Part shown: in pieces, positions 1 through 9,947 of the stretch
Layout of the letters: the number at the start of each line of letters is the position of its first letter
Position numbering within the stretch: the first letter of the stretch is position 1
Program-made: the position numbers and the translations under genes
Source of the DNA: a virus
Strand: one strand, 5' to 3'
Virus record (IMG/VR): IMGVR_UViG_3300042972_000006
Span: 38 to 64,037 of that record
Length of the DNA stretch: 64,000 nucleotides
Notes under the pieces: model-generated
Told to the model about the DNA's origin: nothing
Databases searched by the model: none
Seen by the model: only the letters and a program-made list of their open reading frames with translations

Positions 1-1
1 C

Positions 2-73
2 GGGATCGTCCAGTCTTACCAGGTCTCGGGCTTTGCCGACCTCGACCTGATCGAACTCCGCCCCTGCCATTGA
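2..73 (+). CDS. C-terminal fragment of DUF2460 distal-tail protein (continues the gene starting at 63433)
   Basis: Frame reads GIVQSYQVSGFADLDLIELRPCH*, resembling the DUF2460 C-terminus; the N-terminal part is at the window end. Confidence 0.7.
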   Translation, partial: GIVQSYQVSGFADLDLIELRPCH

Positions 74-85
74 GGACGCCATCCC

Positions 86-1123
86 ATGCTTCTATTCGCT
101 GACGGTTTCGACCATTACGGCGCCGATGCGGCCCGGATGCTGGATGGCGTCTATTCGGAGATAACCGGCGTCTCTCTCGTCGGGGGCGCGCGGACCGGGG
201 CGCGATGCGTGAAGGTTCAGGTCGGTTACAACGACTCGGGAATGCGGCGTGTCCTTCCGGGGGATCGGACGGTCGTGGGCATGGGATACGCCTTCAACCT
301 GAACTTCCTCCCGAACGGTCCCCGAGGTCTGGCTCTGGCTCAGTTCCTGACTAAGACGGGCGCACGGATCGGGACGATTACGGTCCTCCCGACGGGCGCG
401 ATGGAGTGGCGAGAGGGCGGCCGCGATTCGACTGTCGTCGCGACGAGCGCTCCCGTCCTCCGCGCCGGGTCGTGGCAACATTTCGAATGCGAGATGAGGG
501 CAGACGTCGGGGCCATTGAGGTGCGGATCGACGGCGTGACGAGGCTGTCCGTCGTTGCCTCGGCCGCAACTGGCGATATCGGTCAGGTCTATATCGCCGG
601 GTGCTACGGCTATCCGAAGACCGGGGCGACAGGGGTAGATATCCTTGTCGATGATCTCTTCTGTCGAGACGATCTCGGCGGAGAGGTCGATAGCTGGATC
701 GGAGACAAGAAGGCCTATACCCGCCTTCCCGCGACCGACGGCCCGGAACAGGACTGGACGATCTCGGTCGGTGATCAGTCGTGGGCCATGCTGGACAATG
801 TTCCGCCTCAGGACGGAACCGAATACCTCACGGCCGACACGGCCGGAAAGACGGTCTCGGTGGGGATCGCGCCCTTCCCTACGGACATCGTTTCGATATC
901 CGGGGTCTATGTGGCGACTCGGCTGTGGAAGAATGACGCGGGCAATGCGAAGGTCTCCATCCAGGTCGAGAGCGGAAGCTCCGCGACCGCGAATCCCACC
1001 CACCCGATTTCGACGGCTCCGGTCTGGTATGGGGACGTCGCTGCGGTCAATCCCGAGACGGGAGCGCCGTGGTTGATCTCCGAGATCAACGCCCTTCGCG
1101 TGGCCATCACCCGGGACGAGTGA
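86..1123 (+). CDS. Virion tail protein, concanavalin/LamG-like beta-sandwich (paralog 1)
   Basis: 345 aa; GAGG RBS; starts MLLFADGFDHY; WQHFECE and EVRIDG LamG-like strands; tail-module position. Confidence 0.7.
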   Translation: MLLFADGFDHYGADAARMLDGVYSEITGVSLVGGARTGARCVKVQVGYNDSGMRRVLPGDRTVVGMGYAFNLNFLPNGPRGLALAQFLTKTGARIGTITVLPTGAMEWREGGRDSTVVATSAPVLRAGSWQHFECEMRADVGAIEVRIDGVTRLSVVASAATGDIGQVYIAGCYGYPKTGATGVDILVDDLFCRDDLGGEVDSWIGDKKAYTRLPATDGPEQDWTISVGDQSWAMLDNVPPQDGTEYLTADTAGKTVSVGIAPFPTDIVSISGVYVATRLWKNDAGNAKVSIQVESGSSATANPTHPISTAPVWYGDVAAVNPETGAPWLISEINALRVAITRDE

Positions 1124-1127
1124 CCTC

Positions 1128-2234
1128 ATGATCATCTTTCTCGACGGCTTCTCTGAATATGGCCCCGGGAGCGCAATGATCGCTCAGGGCGGTTATGAAA
1201 TGACCGAGGGGGCGACGGTCGTCCCCGGCGGCGGTCGTGTCGGGGCGGATGCCGCCGTCATCCAGGCCGCCTACAATCACTCCGGCCTTCGCTATCGGCT
1301 ATCCGAACAGCCCCTGACGGCCGGGTTCGGATACGCCGCGAGCCTCAGCTCTCTTCCAAGCGGCTCCTCGGGCCTAGCTCTCTTTCAGGCCATCGGGCGC
1401 TATGCGAGCGGAAGCGCAATGCTCGATTGGTCGATCCTGACGCTGACGGTCCTCCCGACCGGCGGCATTCAGGCGAGAATCGCTCGCTCCCGGGACATCA
1501 GCGGATCAAGGACCGGGCCGGTATTCGATGAGGTCGGCCCGGTCCTTCGTCCGAACACCTTCCATTACGTCGCCGGCGCCTTCGACTTCCGCGAGCTGGG
1601 GGTCGCCTATCGCGTCGCGGTCGATGGGGAGATCGTTCTCAGCGGATACGCCCCATATCTGACCGGCGTTGATCCTGTCCCGGTGAAGCGCCCGTCCGCC
1701 CTCATGCCCGCCGGATGCATGGGGTTCCCGAAGATTGATGCCCTGACCGTATCCATTTCGGTTTCCGACCTCGCCCTCACCATGGGAGAGCCCGAGGACG
1801 CCGCGCCGCTGGCCGATGAACGCCTATGGACGGTTTTCCCTGACGCGGACGGTGCTGAACAGGACTGGACGATCTTCGGCGCCTCGACCGCGTGGGAAGC
1901 GCTATCCCTTGTTCCCCCGGCGGATGGGCAGCGGTTCGCCATCGCCGCCGATCCGGCGTCCCGGCTTTCGGTCGGGTTCGCAGCCCTCCCGACCAACATC
2001 GGAGACATCTCGGCCGTCGGGGTTCGGTCGCGTCTCTGGTCGTCATCTCGCTCAGGACCGGAGGTGGCCACGCAACTCCGCGTCGGGTCCACGGAGACGA
2101 GCAACGATTCCCACGCTCTGCAATCCCGCCCGACATGGTATGGGAATGTCTCCGAGACCAATCCGGCCACGGCTGGGGCTTGGGACATTGCCGCCGTCAA
2201 CTCGGCCGAGGCCGTTCTCGACCGAACAGCATAG
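1128..2234 (+). CDS. Virion tail protein (paralog 2 of 86..1123)
   Basis: 368 aa; shares FxDGF start, TVLPTG, DGxEQDWTI and PxWYGxVxxxNPxTxxxW motifs with the upstream gene. Confidence 0.7.
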   Translation: MIIFLDGFSEYGPGSAMIAQGGYEMTEGATVVPGGGRVGADAAVIQAAYNHSGLRYRLSEQPLTAGFGYAASLSSLPSGSSGLALFQAIGRYASGSAMLDWSILTLTVLPTGGIQARIARSRDISGSRTGPVFDEVGPVLRPNTFHYVAGAFDFRELGVAYRVAVDGEIVLSGYAPYLTGVDPVPVKRPSALMPAGCMGFPKIDALTVSISVSDLALTMGEPEDAAPLADERLWTVFPDADGAEQDWTIFGASTAWEALSLVPPADGQRFAIAADPASRLSVGFAALPTNIGDISAVGVRSRLWSSSRSGPEVATQLRVGSTETSNDSHALQSRPTWYGNVSETNPATAGAWDIAAVNSAEAVLDRTA

Positions 2235-2245
2235 GAGGGCCGAAG

Positions 2246-2692
2246 ATGGCCGTCGGAAAGTTCACCGTTCTGGACATCGCCATGAGGAAGATCGGCGCCG
2301 GGCAAATCGACCTGGACAGCGACGCCTTCAAGGTCGCCCTGACGACCGGCGATCAGGCGATCACCGCGTCATTCTCGGGCGCTTCGAACGATGCCCTATA
2401 TTCCGACTTGACGTCGGAGGCTTCGGGAGCGGGCTACACCGCCGGGGGCGCTGATCTCGTCGCGCCGAGCTGGACGCGGGCCGGGTCAGTCGTGACCATG
2501 GGAGCCGATCCGACGGAATGGACCGCCCTCGACACGACCTTCAAATACGCCGTGGTCTACAAGACCGGGACCGGGGATATCCTCGGGTTCTTCGACGTCG
2601 ATGACGCGAACCCCGCCGGTCGCGTGGTGGCGAACTCCGACTTCATCATCAACTGGACGAACGGTCTCTTCACGCTGACCCGCGTCGATTAA
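2246..2692 (+). CDS. Minor tail/structural protein
   Basis: AGGAGG RBS then ATG 2246; IDLDSDAFKVAL...SGAGYTAGG motif typical of a widespread small virion protein family. Confidence 0.7.
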   Translation: MAVGKFTVLDIAMRKIGAGQIDLDSDAFKVALTTGDQAITASFSGASNDALYSDLTSEASGAGYTAGGADLVAPSWTRAGSVVTMGADPTEWTALDTTFKYAVVYKTGTGDILGFFDVDDANPAGRVVANSDFIINWTNGLFTLTRVD

Positions 2693-2706
2693 GGGGAGGC
2701 GTCTAC

Positions 2707-5700
2707 ATGGCTGGCGATCCGTTTTGGGACAAGGTTGTCTTTCGCTCGACGTTGGACACCTTTCCCCCCGTCGATGTCTCCCTTCAGGCCCTTCCTCTTG
2801 TGGCCAGCACCTCCGGCCCTGCCCTGACGACAGGTGTATTCGGAAATGCTCTTTCGTATGGGGCGGGGAACGGAGCATATCGGGCCACGACGAGCGGTGA
2901 CGCTGGGGAGTTTGGGGGCGGAGATTTTACGGTCGAGGGGTGGTTCAAGCACCTCCCCATCAATGTTCCAGGTGGGACGGCGCTCTTCGGAACATGGCCC
3001 GCTGGTAGCAGAAGTTGGGCGATAGTCGTTCAGGAAGCGACTATCGGGACCACGAGCCAAATACGGCTTTTCGCGTCTTCGGACGGAACTAACTTTGACA
3101 TTATAAATGCTCAAAGTGGCGTGTTTACTAGCATCGTCCGAGGCCGCTGGTATCACTTCTGTCTTGAAAGAAGTGGAAACATTGCCCGCTTCTATATTGA
3201 CGGAGTGATGGTCTGGAAACAGACGATCTCCGGATCGCTCTTCAACGCATCCGATAAGCCGCTCAGGCTCTTTGACGACGGCGGCGCAAATCATTTCAAC
3301 GGTGCAAGGGTCGCCTTTGACGACCTGAGGATCACAAAGGGCGTGGCCCGATACGGCCGGGACACTGGTTTCGCTCTTCCGACGGAAGCTTACCCCGTTG
3401 AGGGCGCGCCTATCGGGCCTCCCTCCATGTTCGTCACACAAGGCCCTGGCTTCGGATCGGCCGGGGGAGGGCTGAACAGGACTCGGCCGTGGGGCTTCAT
3501 CCCCGCTTCGAACCTTTCCTTTTCCACGGTCCCGACGGCCGTCGAGGGCATCATTCCGGCTAATGGCGTCCTGTCCAGATTGCGCCTCAGCATCTCGGGT
3601 AATACGCAGACCGCCGCCACGACAACCGTGACCGTTCGGGTAAACGATCAGCCGACGGCGCTCTCCATTGCGATCCCCCCCGCGACAAACGGAGAGTTTG
3701 AGGTAGTGGCGACCGTCCCCGTTAATGCCGGGGACGCCGTGTATCTGGGATATCAGAACTCCAGCACTGGAGCTTCTCCCCTTCCTCTGATCCGGATGAC
3801 CCAGGTCGACTACGCGAGTTTCGACGGGAAGGTTCGGATCATCCACGGCATCAACAGCCGGGGAAGTTCTGCGGTTAACGTCTCTGAGCCGGGTCTCAGG
3901 TTCTCTCCTATTTCGACCTATTATGACACCGTGGTTGCTTGGAAGTCGTCTCTCGACGATCAGGCGATCTCTCCCATGGGAGCCCCGGGGAACATCGTCT
4001 CGGCAATAGGGAATGTTCGTTCGAACAGCCTAGACGCGGCGGCGATCTTCACTCTCTACAAGAACGGGAACCCGACTTCGCTGACGCTGACGGTCCCGGC
4101 GGGGGTGACGGGCAAGTTTACCGCGACGGGAGGCCCCGTTTCTGTGATCCCGGGCGACAACCTCTCATGGGGTAGGGCGATCCCGGGGCTGACGTCCGGA
4201 TCGTTCTGGCTGACGACTCTCGATACCGTATTCGAGGCGGCGGACGGATCGTATGATCTCTTCACCGGGCCGAATCTCGCCACCACTTCGCCCAACTGGA
4301 CAGCCGCCGCACCTGGAGTTGCGGGCTTCAGCGGGTTCGGCGGCCTTCTGGACATTTCGACTGACGATCTTGCATCGCTTCGCCTTCCTGTTGACGGCTC
4401 TGTGTCGAGGCTTCGGGGCCGGGGATATACGGTCGGCGCCCCGGAGGAGATGCCCGGGTTTCTGACAGCCGAAGGAGCGCAACAGCCCCTTTCTGTCTCG
4501 TTCCCGACTGGAACGGACATGGCAACGGCGCCGTGGGTTCTCTCCGCCGATGCGCCAGTCTCCTTGCTGGCGGGCCGAAAGATCAACTTCGCGTCGGTCG
4601 CTCCGGCGGGCGGGGTGCTGGAGAACCGTCGCGCGGCCTTCGCGCTGGGCGTGACTATCGGAACCGGCGGCGCGCCTCCCTCTCCGGAAGTGACCGTCCC
4701 GGCCGGGGAGCTGACCTTCGAAGGCCTCGTTCCCACCCTGATCCAAGGGCAGGAACTGACGGCTGTCCCCGGCGCCGTGGTGATCTCTGGCGCGATCCCG
4801 ACCCTGACGGAGTTCGCGGGGATCACGCCGGGAGCTGGGGCGCTTGTTCTATCGGGTCAGGTTCCCACCCTTGAGGCGTCCGGCCTCGTCGATCCCGAGG
4901 CTGGGGAGCTTCGTCTGTCCGGCGCGGCGCCGGACGTCTTCATCGGCGTCATCACCTCCCCTGCCCCGGGGGAGATGGAGATCGAAGGCTTCGCGCCGAT
5001 CCTGACCGAACAGCATGGCTCGTTCTCCTCTCAGGCATCCATGATCGTGCGCGGCCGGTCGCTGGGGCTGGCGACCCGCGCGTCGCAGGCGGCGGTCATT
5101 GCGCTGGCTGAACCGCCGCCGCCTCCGGTCGCGGCGTCACAGGCGGCGATCATCACCCTCGGGGAGATCGTGCCGTCGGTTCAGGCGTCGCAGGCGGCGA
5201 TTATCGTTCTGGGCCATGCCGATCCGTGCGTCACGCGCCGAGCTGACCTCTGGCTGATCACCAGGACGGACGGGAAGGTCTTCGCCTTCACCTCACACGA
5301 CCGGGACGTCCACTTCCGGGGCGTGACCTATCGCGCCTGCAAATCCCTCGACCCGACCGCGACGCAACAGGCGGCGGAGATCGGCGGCATGGGGAACATG
5401 GAACTCGTCGGCTTGATCTCTGACGAGACGATCACCGAGGCTGATCTCTACGGCGGCCTCTTCGATGACGCTTATGTCGAGGTCTGGCGGGCGTCATGGG
5501 AGGACGAGGCGTCGATCGTCGACATTCCCGTCCGGCTGGCGGCGGGGTGGTGTGGATCGCTCAGCCATGGGGACACGTCCTTCAAGATGGAGGTTCTCGG
5601 GCCGGGGACGAAGCTCGCTCAACATGCTCTCGTTCAGACCGTCACCCCGGGTTGCCGGTGGGTGTTCGGTGATCCGAAGACATGCGGCGTCAACGCGGAT

Positions 5701-6054
5701 TCGCTGGCGGTCGCCGGCCAAGTCGTTCGGACGTTCAACCGGGCGCGGTTCATCATCGACGCCAGCGATCCGGGAACGGCTCCGCAATGGGCGAACGGCC
5801 TGATCCGGTGGACCGACGGCGTGAACGCGGGGATCGCCTGTGAGGTCAAGTCGGTCGATTGGGACACGGGCGAGGTGACGCTCTGGGCGCCGCCGCCGTA
5901 TCTGCCCGACGCCGGGGACGCCTTCACCCTCCGGCCCGGTTGCGACAAGACGCCGGAGACCTGTAAGGCGTATGCGAACTACCTGAACTTCGGCGGCTTC
6001 CCGGACCTGCCCGGGACCGACGCCATCGCGGAAACCCCAGATGCGAAATATTGA
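2707..6054 (+). CDS. Tail hub (DUF2163/BR0599-like C-terminus) fused to a large N-terminal LamG/receptor-binding region
   Basis: 1115 aa; N-terminal GDPFWDKVV...GDFTVEGW...DDLRITKGVARY LamG domain; C-terminal WLITRTDGKVFAFTSHDRD...CRWVFGD...GCDKTPETC...NFGGFPDLPG. Confidence 0.85.
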   Translation: MAGDPFWDKVVFRSTLDTFPPVDVSLQALPLVASTSGPALTTGVFGNALSYGAGNGAYRATTSGDAGEFGGGDFTVEGWFKHLPINVPGGTALFGTWPAGSRSWAIVVQEATIGTTSQIRLFASSDGTNFDIINAQSGVFTSIVRGRWYHFCLERSGNIARFYIDGVMVWKQTISGSLFNASDKPLRLFDDGGANHFNGARVAFDDLRITKGVARYGRDTGFALPTEAYPVEGAPIGPPSMFVTQGPGFGSAGGGLNRTRPWGFIPASNLSFSTVPTAVEGIIPANGVLSRLRLSISGNTQTAATTTVTVRVNDQPTALSIAIPPATNGEFEVVATVPVNAGDAVYLGYQNSSTGASPLPLIRMTQVDYASFDGKVRIIHGINSRGSSAVNVSEPGLRFSPISTYYDTVVAWKSSLDDQAISPMGAPGNIVSAIGNVRSNSLDAAAIFTLYKNGNPTSLTLTVPAGVTGKFTATGGPVSVIPGDNLSWGRAIPGLTSGSFWLTTLDTVFEAADGSYDLFTGPNLATTSPNWTAAAPGVAGFSGFGGLLDISTDDLASLRLPVDGSVSRLRGRGYTVGAPEEMPGFLTAEGAQQPLSVSFPTGTDMATAPWVLSADAPVSLLAGRKINFASVAPAGGVLENRRAAFALGVTIGTGGAPPSPEVTVPAGELTFEGLVPTLIQGQELTAVPGAVVISGAIPTLTEFAGITPGAGALVLSGQVPTLEASGLVDPEAGELRLSGAAPDVFIGVITSPAPGEMEIEGFAPILTEQHGSFSSQASMIVRGRSLGLATRASQAAVIALAEPPPPPVAASQAAIITLGEIVPSVQASQAAIIVLGHADPCVTRRADLWLITRTDGKVFAFTSHDRDVHFRGVTYRACKSLDPTATQQAAEIGGMGNMELVGLISDETITEADLYGGLFDDAYVEVWRASWEDEASIVDIPVRLAAGWCGSLSHGDTSFKMEVLGPGTKLAQHALVQTVTPGCRWVFGDPKTCGVNADSLAVAGQVVRTFNRARFIIDASDPGTAPQWANGLIRWTDGVNAGIACEVKSVDWDTGEVTLWAPPPYLPDAGDAFTLRPGCDKTPETCKAYANYLNFGGFPDLPGTDAIAETPDAKY

Positions 6055-6556
6055 TCCAGCCCAAGGGCGGGCGGTTGTCGAGACCGCTCGCCACTACCTC
6101 GGAACGCCCTACCGTCATCAGGGGCGGCTCATGGGCGCCGGGGTGGATTGCGTCGGCCTCATCATCATGGCCGGGGCCGATGCTGGCGTCCTGACGATCA
6201 CGCGGGCCGAATGGGCGGAGTTCGCCGCCTATAGCCGGACGCCGAACCCGACGAAGATGGGCGAGGCGATGGAGAAGTTCCTCGTCCGGCTGGACGTCCC
6301 CGCCGGAGAGCTGGGGCCAGATGGCTCTATCGCCTGGATGGAGTGGCGCGCCGGTCTTCCCATGCACCTCGGCATCGCCGCGACTTACGAAGATCGGCGG
6401 ACGCTCATCCACGCCTATGAACACGTCGGACGTTGCGTTGAGCATGGCTTCGTGGCGGAGTGGCCCGGCCGCGTTGTGTCTTGGTGGGCTTACCCGGGAG
6501 CGCTGGCGCCGGAGACCCCAGCCGATGTCGCTCTTCGAGATCGAAATCCCGCTTGA
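6041..6556 (+). CDS. NlpC/P60 tail-associated peptidase
   Basis: ARHYLGTPYRHQGR...GVDCVGL (catalytic Cys), HLGI, LIHA; follows the hub as in GTA-like tails. Confidence 0.9.
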   Translation: MRNIDPAQGRAVVETARHYLGTPYRHQGRLMGAGVDCVGLIIMAGADAGVLTITRAEWAEFAAYSRTPNPTKMGEAMEKFLVRLDVPAGELGPDGSIAWMEWRAGLPMHLGIAATYEDRRTLIHAYEHVGRCVEHGFVAEWPGRVVSWWAYPGALAPETPADVALRDRNPA

Positions 6557-6791
6557 TGCCTCAGAAGCCGTCGAAGCCGTTGAAACCCTCAGCGCCGCTT
6601 CCGGCCGGGACGCCTCCCTCCCCCATCATCTTCGCCAAGAAGTCCAGCGCCGGACATCGCCGGTCGCCGCGGAGGATGAAGCCGAAGCCCTCGGAGTGAC
6701 GGCCGGGACATTGAGGGGCGTCGTCGTGATAGGGTGCGGCCCCTCCCTGCGGGCCTTGGTCGGCTCGCTCCGCTCACAAGGGGTGAAGTGA
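6525..6791 (+). CDS. Hypothetical protein (88 aa)
   Basis: GGAG RBS, ATG 6525 (MSLFEIEIPL); stop overlaps the next ATG. Confidence 0.5.
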   Translation: MSLFEIEIPLDASEAVEAVETLSAASGRDASLPHHLRQEVQRRTSPVAAEDEAEALGVTAGTLRGVVVIGCGPSLRALVGSLRSQGVK

Positions 6792-9103
6792 TGGCGTCGG
6801 TTGCTCTTGGTTTCGCCGGTCAAGCGGTGGGGACGTTCTTCGGCGGTCCGATTGGCGGCCGGATCGGCGGCGCGATTGGCTCGCTCCTCGGGGGCCTGAT
6901 CGACAACAAGCTCTTCCCGGTGAAGATGGAAGGGCCGCGCCTGACCGATCTCTCGGTTCAGGGGTCGCAATACGGCGTGGCGATCCCGGCGATCTTCGGA
7001 CCGGAGAACCGGATCGCGGGCAACGTCATCTGGTCGTCGGGCCTCATCGAAACCATGAAGAAGGTGCGCCAGGGCGGGAAGGGCGGCCCGAGCGTATCGA
7101 CGAAGGAATACTCCTATCGAACGCATATCGCCGTCGCCCTTGGCGGTGGGACGCTGAAGGGCATCCGAAAAATCTGGGCGAACACGAAGCTGATCTATGA
7201 CGCCAGCGAATCGGAATCGTCCGGCCTGTATTCGGCGGTGCGCTTCTACCCGGGCGACTTCAATCAGCTCCCCGACCCGAACATCGAGGCTGACAAGGGT
7301 ATGGGGAACACCCCGGCATATCGGGGAACCGCCTATGTGGTGATCGCGGACTTCCAGCTCGCGGACTACGGCAACCGGCTTCCGAACCTGGAGTTCCTCG
7401 TCGAGGGGGCCGAGAAGGAGAGCGTTGGTCAGGCGCTGTATAAGATCGTCGTGGATTCGGGGATTGACCCGAACCTCGTCTCTTTCGGCTCGACGCCATC
7501 GGAAACCCTGCGCGGCTACGTGGTCGGAAACACGACCTCGGCCGAGGCCGCCATTCAGCCGCTTTCGCTGGCGTGGAACTTCGATCTTGCGGATCAGGCG
7601 GGGAATCTCCGCTTCCAGGTGCGCGACAGAGCGCCCGTCGGGGTCATCACCCTCGACGATCTCGGCGCCCATGAGGGCGAGGACGTTCCCGATCCTCTGG
7701 AATGGAACCGCGCGGTCGAGACGTCGCTCCCGCGCCAGTCCAGCGTGACCTTCAGCGATCCCGAGCGCGACTATCAGCCGAACACGCAAAGCGACGTCCG
7801 GACCGAGGGATCGGCCGATAGCAACCTCGACACGCAACTCGCCATGGTCATGACGGCGGATCAGGGGCGACAAACGGCGTCCCGCCTTCTGTGGGAGGCG
7901 TGGAACGGCAGGCAGACCGCGACCGGCGCGCTCACGGACCGCTGGCGCCATGTCCTCGCCGGTCAGCTCTATCTCTTCGAGACCCCGGCCGGGCTGGAGC
8001 CTCTCCGCGTCAAGAACCGTTCGCGCGGGGTGAACGGGATCATCGAAATCGAGCTGTCTCGGGACAACCTGGAAGTCTATCGGTCCACCACCCGGGGCGC
8101 CGAGGCCACGGTCCCGGATAACCCGGTCCGCGCCCCAGCTCCGGCGCGGCCGATCCTTCTCGACCTGCCCCTCCTCCTCGATGCCGACAACAACTCGGCC
8201 GAGGGTTTCTATTATGGGGCCTACGCGATCAGCGGCGGCGGCTGGCGTGGCGCGGACGTCTTCATGATGACCGAGCCGAACGGATCCCTCATCGGCATCG
8301 GGACGCAATCGGCAGAAACGACGGTCGGGACCGGGCGGAGCAATCTCGTCGCCCTCCCTTCTGGCTTCGACGTCGACGAGGATTGGGACGATACCTCCGT
8401 CCTTTCCGTCGAGCTGTTCCACTCGGGGATGACCCTCGAAGGCCTTTCCGATGCCGACGTCCTCGCCGGAGGGAACGCGGCCTATATCGGCCCCACGGGC
8501 GGCCCCGGGGGAGAGATCATCCAGTTCGGAGTCGCGGTTCAGACCGGACCGACCACATGGGAGCTGTCCCATCTCCGGCGCGGCCAGAAGGGAACGAACA
8601 CCTTCGCGACCGCGCACGGGAACGGGCAACAGTTCGTTCTTCTGGAGCTGGGCTCGATCCAGAGGGCTAGCACCGGCTTCGACGTTCTCAACAACACCCG
8701 CTACTTCAAGGCCGTGGGCATGATGACGAGTCCGGACGATGCCCAGGTCGTGACCTTCACGAATACGGGGATCGGTCTCCGTCCATATTCTCCGACCGAT
8801 CTTGCAGTCGCTGGCCCGGCGCCGGGTGATCTAACCCTCTCCTTCGTGCGCCGATCCCGCGTCGGCTGGCCAGCCCAGCAGCCGCCACCCTTGGCCGAAG
8901 AGACCGAAGCCTTCCAGCTCCAGATTATGGACGGCGCAACCGTGAAGAGGACGGTCGAGCTGACCACGACGTCCTTCGTCTACACCTCAGCCATGCAGAC
9001 GACGGACTTCGGCGCGCCTGTGACGTCTCTGACCTGGCGCGTCGCCCAGCGCAGCGCGACCTTCGGGCTTGGTCCCCGGGAGACATTCTCCGGGCCGGTC
9101 TAG
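6791..9103 (+). CDS. Central tail fibre/tip protein (Phage-tail_3, GTA megatron-like)
   Basis: Gly-rich N-terminal anchor; EGPRLTDLSVQGSQYGVAIP, RIAGNVIW, PAYRGTAYVV, YGNRLPNLEF, LRRGQKGT. Confidence 0.9.
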   Translation: MASVALGFAGQAVGTFFGGPIGGRIGGAIGSLLGGLIDNKLFPVKMEGPRLTDLSVQGSQYGVAIPAIFGPENRIAGNVIWSSGLIETMKKVRQGGKGGPSVSTKEYSYRTHIAVALGGGTLKGIRKIWANTKLIYDASESESSGLYSAVRFYPGDFNQLPDPNIEADKGMGNTPAYRGTAYVVIADFQLADYGNRLPNLEFLVEGAEKESVGQALYKIVVDSGIDPNLVSFGSTPSETLRGYVVGNTTSAEAAIQPLSLAWNFDLADQAGNLRFQVRDRAPVGVITLDDLGAHEGEDVPDPLEWNRAVETSLPRQSSVTFSDPERDYQPNTQSDVRTEGSADSNLDTQLAMVMTADQGRQTASRLLWEAWNGRQTATGALTDRWRHVLAGQLYLFETPAGLEPLRVKNRSRGVNGIIEIELSRDNLEVYRSTTRGAEATVPDNPVRAPAPARPILLDLPLLLDADNNSAEGFYYGAYAISGGGWRGADVFMMTEPNGSLIGIGTQSAETTVGTGRSNLVALPSGFDVDEDWDDTSVLSVELFHSGMTLEGLSDADVLAGGNAAYIGPTGGPGGEIIQFGVAVQTGPTTWELSHLRRGQKGTNTFATAHGNGQQFVLLELGSIQRASTGFDVLNNTRYFKAVGMMTSPDDAQVVTFTNTGIGLRPYSPTDLAVAGPAPGDLTLSFVRRSRVGWPAQQPPPLAEETEAFQLQIMDGATVKRTVELTTTSFVYTSAMQTTDFGAPVTSLTWRVAQRSATFGLGPRETFSGPV

Positions 9104-9174
9104 GGGTTGTGAGGGGGAGTCCGGCGATCTACGGTTGAGCGCATCGGATTCGCCCCCTCTCTGGAGTTGCCTCG

Positions 9175-9633
9175 GTGCAATATTCGCCTTGGATCGCGGT
9201 CGGGGTCAGCGTCGCGGTGGCGCTTCTCGGTATCGGCGGAAACCTCGCTGTCGTCTCCTTCTTCCTCGGGAAGCTGAAGGCCGAACAGGCAGGAAACAAG
9301 GCGCTCGTCGACGCCTTCAAGGAGTTCACCGATCAGACGATCAACGCGCTCTTGGCGCGTATGCATACGCTGGATCAGTTCGCCAGCGAATCCGCCGGAG
9401 GCGCGGCGGCCATGGAGGCCCGGGTCAAGGGCATCGAAGAGAACACGCGGGGCTTTCAGCAGCTCCGAGAAGATTTCGCCCGCCATAGCGCCCGGCAAGA
9501 CGCCGTGACGGCTCAGACCGTCAAGGAGCTTGAGCGGCTATCTCGCTCGTCCGAAAGCGTCCAGCGCCAGATTTCGAACCTCGCTCGCATGGGGCCGGGG
9601 GCGCTCATCGCCATGGAAGAAAAAGGGGTTTGA
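9175..9633 (+). CDS. Membrane-anchored coiled-coil protein (lysis cassette; holin/antiholin candidate)
   Basis: N-terminal hydrophobic helix followed by coiled coil; GGAG RBS, GTG start; upstream of endolysin. Confidence 0.55.
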   Translation: MQYSPWIAVGVSVAVALLGIGGNLAVVSFFLGKLKAEQAGNKALVDAFKEFTDQTINALLARMHTLDQFASESAGGAAAMEARVKGIEENTRGFQQLREDFARHSARQDAVTAQTVKELERLSRSSESVQRQISNLARMGPGALIAMEEKGV

Positions 9634-9635
9634 TC

Positions 9636-9947
9636 ATGACCGACGCTCAGGTCAGAGAACAGCAGGTTCGGGAGTTGATCCTCCGCGCCGTCATGGCGGT
9701 CGGGACGCTCATCATCGCCGGTCTGATCGTCGGGGTTCTCCTCTTCCGCAACATCCCCGAGAAGAACGAGATCATCCTCGGGACCGTGATCGGGTTCGTG
9801 TTCGGAAACATGGTCGGCCCGATCTACCGCCAGTTCTTCGCGGGTCTGGATGCTGACGCCAAGGTGACGGCCGACAAACAGGCCGACGCCCTGAAGAGCG
9901 CCGTCGACAAACTTCCCACGGCGCCGATGACCGAGGAGACGCGCTGA
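9636..9947 (+). CDS. Putative holin (2 TM helices)
   Basis: Two hydrophobic segments separated by NIPEKNE; directly upstream of endolysin. Confidence 0.6.
   Translation: MTDAQVREQQVRELILRAVMAVGTLIIAGLIVGVLLFRNIPEKNEIILGTVIGFVFGNMVGPIYRQFFAGLDADAKVTADKQADALKSAVDKLPTAPMTEETR

Noticed and set aside
6556-6699. Alternative Pro/Lys-rich ORF MPQKPSKP
   Set aside because: The overlapping frame 6525..6791 has an RBS and couples to the next gene, so it is preferred
6626-8629. 667-aa minus-strand ORF
   Set aside because: Antisense shadow of the tail tip gene; high GC suppresses stops; no motifs or RBS
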